This document shows, one piece after another, positions 8,934 through 18,418 of a stretch of DNA of 64,000 nucleotides. A model generated the notes under the pieces. That model was not told the DNA's origin, did not search any database, and was given only the letters and a program-made list of their open reading frames with translations. Where the stretch lies: the NCBI GenBank assembly GCA_040081625.1, contig JBEBGD010000009.1:1-64000 (forward strand), read 5' to 3'. The DNA comes from Chthoniobacteraceae bacterium (GTDB lineage: Bacteria > Verrucomicrobiota > Verrucomicrobiia > Chthoniobacterales > Chthoniobacteraceae). Both the position numbers and the translations under genes were made by a program. Within the stretch, counting starts at the first letter, position 1. Every line of letters starts with the position of its first letter.

Positions 8934-9404
8934 TCAGGCCAGGCGTGTCAGCAGCCAGAAGGCCGCGCCGACATAGGCGGCGGACATCAGGTCATCGGCC
9001 ACGATGCCCCAGCCGCCCGGCAGCGCCTCGAGCTGGCGCGCGGGCGGCGGCTTGATGATGTCCGCCGCGCGCCACGCGGCGAAAACCGCCGCCCACACCC
9101 ACCACGCCGGCGCATCGAGCAACGCGATCGGCCACGCGGCGATCGGCACCGCGGCGATCTCGTCGATCACGACCTCGCCGGGATCCTCCTTGCCGAGGAT
9201 GCGCGCGCACCTCCCGCTGCACCACACGCTGAGCGCGATCACCCCGAGCGCGACCGCGACCGCCACGGGCAGCGGCAGTTTCAGCAGCCCGAAAAAATAC
9301 GCGAAGCCGACGAGCGATCCCCACGTGCCCGGCGCGGGCCGCAGCCAGCCGGAGCCGAAGCCGGTTCCCACCACGAGCGCGATGCGGTCTGCGAGCGATG
9401 TCAT
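8934..9404 (-). CDS. pgpA: Phosphatidylglycerophosphatase A
   Basis: GFGSGWLRPAPGTWGS, DPGEVVIDE, DIIKPPP, GGWGIVADD motifs. Confidence 0.9.
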   Translation of the reverse strand: MTSLADRIALVVGTGFGSGWLRPAPGTWGSLVGFAYFFGLLKLPLPVAVAVALGVIALSVWCSGRCARILGKEDPGEVVIDEIAAVPIAAWPIALLDAPAWWVWAAVFAAWRAADIIKPPPARQLEALPGGWGIVADDLMSAAYVGAAFWLLTRLA

Positions 9405-9477
9405 GCGGCGCTGACACAAGCGGGACGGAGCATCGGTTGTCAAAGCCGCGCTGCGCGCCGAAGCTCGCCGCCACTCG

Positions 9478-11856
9478 ATGACACCCGAACTGCTCGCACC
9501 TGCCGGCGATTGGGACTGCCTGCGGGCCGCCGTCGCCAACGGCGCCGACGCGGTCTATTTCGGGCTGCCGCGATTCAACGCCCGGCTGCGCGCGCACAAC
9601 TTCACCGAGGCCGAGCTGCCCGAGGTCGTCGCCTTCTGCCACCGGCACGGCGTGAAAGCCTACGTGACTTTCAACACGCTCGTCTTCACCGGCGAACTCG
9701 ACGACGCCGAGCAATACCTCCGCGTGCTCAGCCGCGCCGGTGTCGATGCGATCCTCGTGCAGGACATCGGCCTCGCGCGCCTCGCCCGCGCCATCGTGCC
9801 GGATCTCCCCGTCCACGCCTCGACGCAGATGACGATCACTTCGCCCGAAGGCGTCGCCTTCGCGCGCGAGCTGGGCCTCGATCGCGTGGTGCTCGCACGC
9901 GAGCTGAGCTTGCGCGAGCTGGAGAAATTCGACGCGAGCGTGCCGCTGGAAGTCTTCGTCCACGGCGCGCTGTGCGTGGCCTACAGCGGCCAGTGCCTCA
10001 CCAGCGAATCGCTCGGCCAGCGCAGCGCAAACCGCGGCGAATGCGCGCAGGCCTGCCGGATGCCTTACGAGCTGATCGTCGATGGCGAGCGCCGCGACCT
10101 CGGCGACAAACGCTACCTTCTCTCCCCGCAAGACCTCGCCGCCGTCGAGGAAATCCCCGCGCTGCTCGAGCGCGGCGTGATCAGCTTCAAGATCGAGGGC
10201 CGGCTCAAGTCTCCCGAATACGTCGCCGCCGTCTGCCAGGTCTATCGCCGCGCGCTCGACGCCGCAGCGCCCACCGCAGCCGACCGCTACCAGCTCGAGA
10301 TGACCTTCTCGCGCGGACTCTTCAGCGGCTGGATGCACGGCGTCGATCATCAGCGGCTCGTCGGCGCGCGGTTCGGAAAAAAGCGCGGTCCGTTCGCCGG
10401 ACGCATCGAGCAAGTCGGGCGCGACTTCGTGGAGGTGAACCCACAAGTCCCGCTCGCTCCCGGCGACGGCATCGTCTTCGACACCGGCGGCGACACCGAG
10501 CACGAGCAGGGCGGCCGCATCTACGAAGTGCGCGGACGGCGGCTGTTCTTCGAGCACGGCAGGATCGACTTCGCCCAGCTCCACGCCGGCGACCGCGTGT
10601 GGAAGACCGACGATCCCGCGCTCGACAAACGCCTGCGCCAGTCCTTCACCGGCCGCATCGAGCCGCGGCAGCGGATGAAGATCGATCTCGTCGTGCGCGG
10701 TCGTGCCGGCGAGCCGCTCGCGCTCGAAGCCGGCGACGCGAAGATACTCTCGTCGCTGCCGCTTCAGCCCGCCCGCACCGCGCCGCTCACCACCGAGAAA
10801 CTCCGCGACCATCTCGGTCGCTTCGGCGAATCGCACTTCGCACTCGGCGAACTGCGCAACGAACTCGAGGGCGAAGTCATCCTCCCGATCGCCGAACTCA
10901 ACCGCCTCCGCCGCGAACTCGTCGCCGCACTCGAAGCGGAACCGCCGCGCGCCGAGTGCAGCACGACGTGGCGCGAGGTCTTCACACCCGAAACCCGAAA
11001 CCCGAAACTCGAAACCCCGTCCCTCACCGTCCTCTGCCGCAGCTTCGACCAGCTCGACGCCGCGCTGAGCGCCGGCATCACCACGCTCTACGTCGATTTC
11101 GAGGACATCCGCCGCTACGCCGACGCCGTCGCCCGCGTGCGCGCGGCGGGTAACACGACGATCTTCCTCGCCACGCCGCGCATCCAAAAAGCTGGCGAAC
11201 AGGGCTTCTTCCGCCTCATCGAAAACGCGCAGCCCGACGGCGTGCTCATCCGCAATCTCGGCGCGATCACGCACTTCGCCGGGCAGCGATGCGTCGGCGA
11301 CTTTTCGCTGAACGTCGCGAACCCGCTCACCGCCGAGCACTTCATCGCGCGCGGCCTCGAGCGCGTGACGATCAGCTACGACCTGAACATCGAGCAGGTG
11401 CTCGCGCTGCTGCGCGCCGCGCCGCCGCAGTGGTTCGAGCTCACGCTGCACCAGCACATGCCGATGTTTCACATGGAGCACTGCGTCTTCGCCGCGTTCA
11501 TGTCGAAGGGCTCCTCATTCCTCGACTGCGGGCGCCCGTGCGATTCGCACCGCGTCCACCTGCGCGACCGCGTCGGCATCGAGCACCCGCTGCGCGCCGA
11601 CGTCGGCTGCCGCAATACGCTCTTCAACGCCGTGCCGCAGACCGGCGCGCGCTTTGCCGGCGCGCTGCTCGAAGCGGGGCTGCGGCACTTCCGCATCGAG
11701 CTGCTCGAGGAAGACGCGGGCGAGTCCACGCGCGTCATCGGAGCGTATCAGTCGCTGCTCGCCGGCGAGCGCGACGCCGAAGACCTGTGGCGCGAACTCA
11801 AGGCGCAGAGCCAGCTCGGCGTCACCCGCGGGACGCTGGACGCGAGAGAGATCTGA
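9478..11856 (+). CDS. Peptidase U32 family protein with C-terminal extension (RlhA-like, DUF3656)
   Basis: PELLAPAG, GADAVYFG, HASTQ, EVFVHGALCVAYSGQC, NRGECAQACR, KIEGRLK. Confidence 0.85.
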   Translation: MTPELLAPAGDWDCLRAAVANGADAVYFGLPRFNARLRAHNFTEAELPEVVAFCHRHGVKAYVTFNTLVFTGELDDAEQYLRVLSRAGVDAILVQDIGLARLARAIVPDLPVHASTQMTITSPEGVAFARELGLDRVVLARELSLRELEKFDASVPLEVFVHGALCVAYSGQCLTSESLGQRSANRGECAQACRMPYELIVDGERRDLGDKRYLLSPQDLAAVEEIPALLERGVISFKIEGRLKSPEYVAAVCQVYRRALDAAAPTAADRYQLEMTFSRGLFSGWMHGVDHQRLVGARFGKKRGPFAGRIEQVGRDFVEVNPQVPLAPGDGIVFDTGGDTEHEQGGRIYEVRGRRLFFEHGRIDFAQLHAGDRVWKTDDPALDKRLRQSFTGRIEPRQRMKIDLVVRGRAGEPLALEAGDAKILSSLPLQPARTAPLTTEKLRDHLGRFGESHFALGELRNELEGEVILPIAELNRLRRELVAALEAEPPRAECSTTWREVFTPETRNPKLETPSLTVLCRSFDQLDAALSAGITTLYVDFEDIRRYADAVARVRAAGNTTIFLATPRIQKAGEQGFFRLIENAQPDGVLIRNLGAITHFAGQRCVGDFSLNVANPLTAEHFIARGLERVTISYDLNIEQVLALLRAAPPQWFELTLHQHMPMFHMEHCVFAAFMSKGSSFLDCGRPCDSHRVHLRDRVGIEHPLRADVGCRNTLFNAVPQTGARFAGALLEAGLRHFRIELLEEDAGESTRVIGAYQSLLAGERDAEDLWRELKAQSQLGVTRGTLDAREI
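10987..11017 (+). repeat. Tandem heptamer array (cccgaaa x3, ctcgaaa) translated in frame as PETRNPKLET
   Basis: cccgaaacccgaaacccgaaactcgaaaccc read directly. Confidence 0.8.
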
Positions 11857-11933
11857 GCGGCCCGGCCCGCGTCCGGGGAAATATCTTCCGCCCGCGCTTG
11901 CCTTCGGCGCCTGCGCGCGCTTTGCACGCAGCG

Positions 11934-14018
11934 ATGCCCGCACTTTGCACGCCCGATACACCGCTCCGCGAATGGGAGTGGCTCGGCACCGCGCGTCTGC
12001 GCGCGCTCGAGCGCATCGGGCTCACCACCGTCGGCGGGCTGCTCACTCACTTCCCGCGACGCTACGAGGATCGCACGCGGTTCGATCGATTCCCGGACGG
12101 CGAATCCGACGATCCGGTGTGCGTCTGCGGGCTCGTGTCGAAGACGCAGCTCCGGCGCTTTCGCGGACGGCAACGGATGTTCGACGTCGCACTCGAGGCG
12201 CCGGACTCGCACGCACTCAGCGCGCCGCTCATCTGCCGCTGGTTCAATTCGCCGTGGGTCGAGAAGGCCATCGTGAACGGCCAGCAACTCGTCGTGTATG
12301 GCAAGCCCAAGCGCAGCGGCTCGAACATCATCATCACCCACCCGGATTTCGAAGTGGTCGAGGACGACGCGGAGGTCTCGATGCATCTCAACCGCATCGC
12401 GCCGATCCATCGCGCGACCGAGGGCGTCTCCGCGCGCGTGATGCGCCGCGCCGCATGGGACGCGCTCGCGCGGCTCGACGACGCGGCCATCGAGACGATC
12501 GTGCCGCCGAAGCTCGACCCGCATCCGCGCGCGTGGGCGCTGCGGCAGATTCATTTTCCCGACGACTTCGCCGCGCTCGATAAGGCCCGCCGCCATCTCG
12601 TGCTCGAGGAGTTCTTCGTCATGCAGCTCGCCGTCGCGGCGCGGCGCGCGGAGATCGTCGCGCAGCCCGGAGCCGCGCACTGCGGCGGCGGCGAGTTGAT
12701 GCGCAGGCTGCACGAGTCGCTTCCCTTTTCCCTAACCGGCGCGCAGCTCCGCGCGATCGACGAAATCCGCGCCGACCTCGCCGCGCCGCGCCCGATGAAC
12801 CGCCTCCTGCACGGCGACGTCGGCAGCGGCAAAACGCTCGTCGCGCTGAGCGCGATGCTGCTCTGCGTCGAGAGCGGTCACCAGGCCGCGCTGATGGCGC
12901 CGACGCAGATCCTCGCCGAGCAGCACTACCTCAGCCTCCGCCGCCTCTGCGAACCGCTCGGCCTGCGAGTCGCGCTGCGCACGGGCGCACGGACCGAGGA
13001 CGCCGCGCCGCTGCCGTTGTTCACGGCGGGTCAAGAGGCCGACGAGCCGCACCTCTTCGTCGGCACGCACGCGCTGCTCTACGAGGGCGCGGGGTTCACG
13101 CGGCTCGGGCTCGCGGTGATCGATGAGCAGCACAAGTTCGGCGTCATGCAGCGTGCGAAATTGCGCGAAGTGGGCGGGGCGATCGACACGCTCGTGATGA
13201 CCGCCACGCCGATCCCACGCACGCTCACGATGACGCTCTACGGCGACCTCGATGTCTCCACGCTCGACGAACTGCCGAAGGGCCGCGGCAAGATCGTCAC
13301 CGCGGTGCGCGAAGCGACGAAGCTGCCGGAGGCGGTGAAGTTTCTGCGCGAACATCTTGCGGCCGGGCGGCAGGCTTTTGTCGTCTATCCGCTCATCGAC
13401 GAGTCGGAGAAACTCGAGGCGAAGGCGGCGGCGGCGGAGTTTGCGAAGTGGGGGGAACTGCTCGCGCCGATGAAGTGCGAGCTGTTGCACGGTCGCGTGC
13501 CGGCGGATGAAAAGGACGCGATCATGGAGCGCTTCCGCCGCGGCGAGACGACGGTGCTCATCGCCACGACCGTGATCGAGGTCGGCATCGACGTGCCGAA
13601 TGCGACGCTCATGCTGGTCGAGAATGCCGAGCGCTTCGGCCTCGCGCAGCTCCACCAGCTCCGCGGGCGCATCGGCCGCGGCGAGCACAAGAGCTACTGC
13701 ATCGCGCTCACCGGGGCGAAGGCCGACGACGACGCGAAGGCGAAGCTCGCCGTCTTCGAACGGACGACCGACGGCTTCATCATCGCCGAGGAAGACCTGC
13801 GCATCCGCGGCCCCGGCGACATGCTCGGCACGGCGCAGAGCGGGCTTCCGCCGCTCAAGATCGGCGACGTGATGCGCGACACCGAGCTGATGAAACTCGC
13901 GCGCAACGCCGCCTTCCTCATCTTCGAACGCGACCCGCGGCTCGAACAGCCTGACCACGCGCGCTTTCGCAAAGTGCTCGCCGAAGGCCGGCGCGCCGTG
14001 CTTTCTCAAGTGAGCTGA
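11934..14018 (+). CDS. recG: ATP-dependent DNA helicase RecG
   Basis: PRRYEDR, MNRLLHGDVGSGKT, MAPTQILAEQH, DEQHKFG, MTATPIPRT, LHQLRGRIGRG, DLRIRGPG. Confidence 0.95.
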   Translation: MPALCTPDTPLREWEWLGTARLRALERIGLTTVGGLLTHFPRRYEDRTRFDRFPDGESDDPVCVCGLVSKTQLRRFRGRQRMFDVALEAPDSHALSAPLICRWFNSPWVEKAIVNGQQLVVYGKPKRSGSNIIITHPDFEVVEDDAEVSMHLNRIAPIHRATEGVSARVMRRAAWDALARLDDAAIETIVPPKLDPHPRAWALRQIHFPDDFAALDKARRHLVLEEFFVMQLAVAARRAEIVAQPGAAHCGGGELMRRLHESLPFSLTGAQLRAIDEIRADLAAPRPMNRLLHGDVGSGKTLVALSAMLLCVESGHQAALMAPTQILAEQHYLSLRRLCEPLGLRVALRTGARTEDAAPLPLFTAGQEADEPHLFVGTHALLYEGAGFTRLGLAVIDEQHKFGVMQRAKLREVGGAIDTLVMTATPIPRTLTMTLYGDLDVSTLDELPKGRGKIVTAVREATKLPEAVKFLREHLAAGRQAFVVYPLIDESEKLEAKAAAAEFAKWGELLAPMKCELLHGRVPADEKDAIMERFRRGETTVLIATTVIEVGIDVPNATLMLVENAERFGLAQLHQLRGRIGRGEHKSYCIALTGAKADDDAKAKLAVFERTTDGFIIAEEDLRIRGPGDMLGTAQSGLPPLKIGDVMRDTELMKLARNAAFLIFERDPRLEQPDHARFRKVLAEGRRAVLSQVS

Positions 14019-15172
14019 TGCGCCGCGCCATCTTCATCATCGTCATCCTGCTGCTGCTCGCGTTCGGCGCATTTCGCGTCGGGCAGTGGCTCGTCCGTCC
14101 GCGCATCGAAGCGACGCCGAAGCCGACCGCCTACACGCCCGCCGACGGCCCGAAGCTCGACACGCGCGACGTGCCGAAGCTCACCGCGATCGATGAGGAA
14201 TACACGGTGCTCGTGGAGAAGGTGCTGCCTGCAGTCGTGAGCATCACTTCCAAGCGCATCACGCAGCTCGGGCCCGCGGGCATCAACCCGCTCGACCTGC
14301 TCTACGGCAAGAGACGCGGCGGGCAGCCGCAGCCGCAGACCGAGACTTCACTCGGGTCGGGGGTCATCGTCTCGCGCGAAGGCCACGTGCTCACGAACAA
14401 CCACGTGGTCGAGGGCATGAACGAGATCGTGGTGCAGCTCTCGGACGAGCGCACTTTCACCGCGCGGCTGCTGGGCACCGACCCGGATGTGGATATCGCG
14501 GTGCTCAAAATCGATGGCCCCAATCTTGACCCGCTGCCCATCGGCAACAGCGACAACGTGCGTGTCGGCCAGCTCGTCTTCGCGATCGGGAATCCGTTTG
14601 GCCTCAGTGAGACGGTGACCGCCGGCATCATCAGCGCGAAGAGCCGTCGCGCGATGCGTGACGCGACGGTCGAGTATTTGCAGACCGACGCCGCGGTGAA
14701 CCAGGGCAATTCCGGCGGCCCGCTCATCAACCTGCGCGGCGAGATCATCGGCATCAACACCGCGATCTACTCGCGCAGCGAAGACGCCGGCTGGATGGGC
14801 ATCAGCTTCGCGGTGCCATCAAATGTCGCGCGACGCGCGCTCGACAGCGTGCTCAAGCGCGGTCGCATCGCACGCAGCTATCTCGGGGTCACGATGACGA
14901 ATCTTTCGCCCGAGCTCGCGGCGAGTCTGCACACCGACTCGACCGAAGGCGCGGTCGTCACCGACATCGTCCCCGGCTCGCCCGCGGAGCGCGCGGGCGT
15001 CCGGCCGCGCGACATTCTCCGCAGCTTCAATGGCCGCCCGCTGCGCGATATGTCCGCGCTGCGCAGCCGCCTCAACGAAGTGGACATCGGCACGCGCGTC
15101 GAGCTGGGCGTGATCCGCGAGGGCGCCGAGATGCGGCTCACCGCGGAGATCGGCGAAGCGCCGAAGCGCTGA
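14018..15172 (+). CDS. HtrA/DegP-family serine protease with one PDZ domain
   Basis: N-terminal TM, GSGVIV, TNNHVV, DIAVLKI, QTDAAVNQGNSGGPL, PDZ GSPAERAG. Confidence 0.9.
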   Translation: MRRAIFIIVILLLLAFGAFRVGQWLVRPRIEATPKPTAYTPADGPKLDTRDVPKLTAIDEEYTVLVEKVLPAVVSITSKRITQLGPAGINPLDLLYGKRRGGQPQPQTETSLGSGVIVSREGHVLTNNHVVEGMNEIVVQLSDERTFTARLLGTDPDVDIAVLKIDGPNLDPLPIGNSDNVRVGQLVFAIGNPFGLSETVTAGIISAKSRRAMRDATVEYLQTDAAVNQGNSGGPLINLRGEIIGINTAIYSRSEDAGWMGISFAVPSNVARRALDSVLKRGRIARSYLGVTMTNLSPELAASLHTDSTEGAVVTDIVPGSPAERAGVRPRDILRSFNGRPLRDMSALRSRLNEVDIGTRVELGVIREGAEMRLTAEIGEAPKR

Positions 15173-15173
15173 C

Positions 15174-15815
15174 TTACGCCACGATCAGCCGCTCTTCCGC
15201 GCTGGAGAGATCGGGATCGAAAGCAGTCGCGAGCTGAAAGCCCGCGGCTCGCAGCGCGAGATAAGTCGCGGCGGCTTCGGGCGAGACGGGCAGGGACGTG
15301 GCCAGCGCGAGGCCGTGTCGCGCGGCGGTCGCGGGCGCTTCCTCGGGGCCGAGCACGGGCCAGTGCGCGCGCTCGAAAACGCCCTTGAACCACTGCGCAT
15401 GCTCGGCCGCGAGGGCGTCGCCACGCGGGGACTGGATGATGATCCGATGCGCCGCGACCGCGCCCAGGTTGTGGCAGAGCACCTCGGCGCGTTCGCTGGA
15501 AAAATCCTGCGGCGTCGTCGCCGCCATCCATCGCATCTTCAGCCCGAGCCCGGATGCGCCGCCGCCGCGAACGGCATCGGCGAGCGCCTGTTCGAGCACG
15601 GCCACGCGCGCCTCGAGCGCCTCGACGCGGCCTTGCGACGGGAGCACGCCCGCGGCCGCCGCCGGTTCGGGCGCATCCGCTACCATCACGACGATCTGCC
15701 GGCAATTCGGGCATTGCACACGGCGACGTCGATCGGCGCGCGCAACCTTCACCGGCACCCCGCAGGCCGGGCAGCGATCGGTTTCCGCGGTAGATGACGG
15801 GTTAACGGTGGGCAT
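15174..15815 (-). CDS. Hypothetical protein with N-terminal zinc ribbon and short coiled coil
   Basis: CPACG...CPNCR; RVEALEARVAVLEQAL. Confidence 0.6.
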   Translation of the reverse strand: MPTVNPSSTAETDRCPACGVPVKVARADRRRRVQCPNCRQIVVMVADAPEPAAAAGVLPSQGRVEALEARVAVLEQALADAVRGGGASGLGLKMRWMAATTPQDFSSERAEVLCHNLGAVAAHRIIIQSPRGDALAAEHAQWFKGVFERAHWPVLGPEEAPATAARHGLALATSLPVSPEAAATYLALRAAGFQLATAFDPDLSSAEERLIVA

Positions 15816-16164
15816 CGTCGGCGGTCAGAAAACTGAGCTCGTCCGGGCTCAGGCTCACGTGAGATCGCGAGAGGCGCGACCAGCGCGGCACGCGGATCGG
15901 CCTGGCGCATTTCGGGCAATCGAGGCTCTGGTCTTCCCAACGCGCATCGATCCGCAGCCGGCAGTCGCACGCAGGGCAAAGGAAGCTGAGGTCCAGCGCG
16001 AGCACCCCTCGCGGAAGCACCTCGATGGGCTCCTCGACATCGAGCCCCGCGGGAACGGGCACGATATGCGAACAGCGCGTGCACTCGGTGAGGTGGCGCC
16101 CCGGCGCCGCGTCAACGCTGAGCGCTGACCCGCAAATGGCGCAGAAAAAATGGGTGGTGGTCAT
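15802..16164 (-). CDS. Double zinc-ribbon small protein
   Basis: CAIC...CTRC and CPAC...CPKC; ends LSPDELSFL; ATG at 16164. Confidence 0.65.
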   Translation of the reverse strand: MTTTHFFCAICGSALSVDAAPGRHLTECTRCSHIVPVPAGLDVEEPIEVLPRGVLALDLSFLCPACDCRLRIDARWEDQSLDCPKCARPIRVPRWSRLSRSHVSLSPDELSFLTADDAHR

Positions 16165-16281
16165 GGTGGGTGCGGACCCGAAAAAGAACCGGCAAGGGGC
16201 TTGACCGGGCGAAACTCGAACGCCATATGTAGTAGTCATGGTGAAACGTCAACCCAACATCTTGGGCCGCGCCTACCCGCA

Positions 16282-17226
16282 ATGACCCACTGTCGTCGCG
16301 TTTTGGAACCCGCCCATCTTCAATTTATCGAGCAGGCTTTTCACGACCTGCTCCACGAAGGCCTGAACGGCGAGCGCGAGGGAATCATCCACTGGCTCCA
16401 CGAGCGGCTCTTCGTCGCCGGCGCATCGCTCGCGTCGGTGCGCGCGGACTTGAGCCGCCGCCTGCGCGCCACGCGACTGATCGCGGTGACCAGCGGCAAA
16501 GGCGGCGTCGGCAAGACGACCTTCTCGGTGAACCTCGCCGTCGCACTCGCGCAACAAGGCCGGCGCGTGCTGCTCTTCGACGCCGACCTCGGCATGGCGA
16601 ATGTCCACGTCTTCGCCGGAGTGAACCCGCGCGCGACCCTGCTCGACGTGATCGATGGCCGCGCGAAGCTGAGCGAAATCCTCACGCCCGGCCCCGCCGG
16701 CACGCAACTCCTGTGCGGCGCATCGGGAATCAGCCGGCTCACCGACTTGAGCGCGAAGTCGCTCGACCTGCTGTGCCACAGCCTGCTGCGCGTCGCGGCG
16801 GAGTTCGATGTGCTCATCATGGACACGGGCGCCGGCATCTCCACGGCCGTCACCCATTTCCTGCGGCTCGCGCACGATACGATCGTGGTGGCGACGCCGA
16901 ACATCGCCGCGACGCTAGACGCCTACGGCGTCATCAAGCTCGCGCACGAGAGCGAATATCCCGGGCAGCTGCACCTGATGATCAATCTAGCCGACGACGA
17001 GGCGCAGGCCGCGCGCGTGCGCGAGCGGATCGCGGGCTGCGCGACTCGCTTCCTCGGGTGCACCGTCGGCGACCTCGGGTTCCTCTTCCGCGATCAGGCC
17101 GTCGAGCAGGCGAATCAATCGCGCAGCCCGCTCGTCCTCGCGCAGCCCGGGCACATCAACGCGCAGCGCATCGCGCGGATCGCCGCCTCGCTCGCTCCGA
17201 CCGTGAGAAAAATCGCCGCCGCTTAA
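16282..17226 (+). CDS. MinD/FleN(FlhG)-family ATPase with N-terminal extension
   Basis: IAVTSGKGGVGKT, FDADLGMAN, MDTGAGIS, ATPNIAATLDAYGVIK. Confidence 0.85.
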   Translation: MTHCRRVLEPAHLQFIEQAFHDLLHEGLNGEREGIIHWLHERLFVAGASLASVRADLSRRLRATRLIAVTSGKGGVGKTTFSVNLAVALAQQGRRVLLFDADLGMANVHVFAGVNPRATLLDVIDGRAKLSEILTPGPAGTQLLCGASGISRLTDLSAKSLDLLCHSLLRVAAEFDVLIMDTGAGISTAVTHFLRLAHDTIVVATPNIAATLDAYGVIKLAHESEYPGQLHLMINLADDEAQAARVRERIAGCATRFLGCTVGDLGFLFRDQAVEQANQSRSPLVLAQPGHINAQRIARIAASLAPTVRKIAAA

Positions 17227-17240
17227 AAACCCGCCAACCC

Positions 17241-18179
17241 ATGAATCCAAATCCACACCCGACCGGCGAGCTAGCGCCCGCATTTCCGTCGATCACCGAC
17301 ACCCTTTCGGAACTCATCGGCGGACCGCCGGACGCGCCCGCACCCGCCGTCGTTCCATTCGTGCCACCGGGCGACTTCATGGCCTTCTACGGCCTCCGCG
17401 AAAACCCGTTCGCCGACTCCGTCCACCCCACCTTTTTCTTCCGCACCGACGCCCACGCCGAGGCCTTCGGTAGCATGATGCTCGCGGCGGAATTCAAGAC
17501 TTCGCTCGGCCTCGTCACCGGCCCGAGCGGCACCGGCAAGACGCTCGTCAGCCAGATGCTCCTGCAAAAATTCGAGGAGCCCAAATACCGCGCGATCCTC
17601 GTGCTCGTCACGCCCGGCATCAGCAAGTCCGGCCTGCTGCGCGAAATCCTCGCCGAGCTCGGACTCGCGCTGCCCGTCGGCATCACGCGCGTGCAGGATC
17701 TCGTGCGGATGCTCAGCAATCACATCATCGAACTGCACGAGCAGGGCCGCCGGCTCGTCATCATCATCGACGAAGCCCACCTGCTTTCCGCCGACTGCCT
17801 CCACGTCGTGCGCACGATCAGCAACATCGAGATCCCCGAGGAAAAGCTGAGCACCTGCCTGCTCTTCGGCGAAGCGCGGCTCGTCCAGCGCCTCGAGCAC
17901 CCGAGCTACGAATCGCTCCGCAACCGCATCTACCTGCGCACCGAACTCCAGCCGCTCACCGCCGCGGAGACCGCGCAGTATTTGAAATACCGGCTGATGA
18001 CCGCCGGCCGGCTCGCCGAGCTTTTCACCGCGCCCGCGTTCGAGGCACTCCATGCGCGCTCCGGTGGAATCCCGCGCAGCCTCAACAAACTCGCGATGCT
18101 CAGCCTCATCGAGGGCGCATTCCGCCAGCGCCCCGTGATCGACGAAGCGACCGTCGTCGCCGCCGCCAGGCGCCTGTGA
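17241..18179 (+). CDS. ExeA/GspA-like AAA+ ATPase (ATPase domain only)
   Basis: FYGLRENPF, GPSGTGKT, IIIDEAH, LRNRI, SGGIPRSLNKL. Confidence 0.85.
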   Translation: MNPNPHPTGELAPAFPSITDTLSELIGGPPDAPAPAVVPFVPPGDFMAFYGLRENPFADSVHPTFFFRTDAHAEAFGSMMLAAEFKTSLGLVTGPSGTGKTLVSQMLLQKFEEPKYRAILVLVTPGISKSGLLREILAELGLALPVGITRVQDLVRMLSNHIIELHEQGRRLVIIIDEAHLLSADCLHVVRTISNIEIPEEKLSTCLLFGEARLVQRLEHPSYESLRNRIYLRTELQPLTAAETAQYLKYRLMTAGRLAELFTAPAFEALHARSGGIPRSLNKLAMLSLIEGAFRQRPVIDEATVVAAARRL

Positions 18180-18373
18180 CGCAGGGCCGCTCCAAGACCG
18201 ATCTGCGCCGCGGCACCGTCCAGCCCGCGCGCCCGGACGCGACGACCGACGCGGAGCAGGATTTCCTTTTCGGCGCCGCCGAACCGGCCCCCAAAGCCCG
18301 GCCTCCCGCCAAACCGGAACCCGGCGCGACGCGGGACGAAGCGCGGGCTCGACGCGACGACAGCAGGCCGTAG
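18176..18373 (+). CDS. Small disordered hypothetical protein (65 aa)
   Basis: GTG overlaps the ATPase stop (GTGA); low complexity; no recognisable family. Confidence 0.35.
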   Translation: MTQGRSKTDLRRGTVQPARPDATTDAEQDFLFGAAEPAPKARPPAKPEPGATRDEARARRDDSRP

Positions 18374-18418
18374 CGCAATCGGGATTGCCTTCGCGGCGCA
18401 GCCCGGCACAAACGTCGC

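Noticed and set aside
16282..18179. Calling these genes flhG and exeA of a flagellar or T2SS locus, or a transposon TnsC/IstB
   Set aside because: No flhF/fliA, secretin, pilin, transposase or terminal repeats nearby; only family-level calls are justified.
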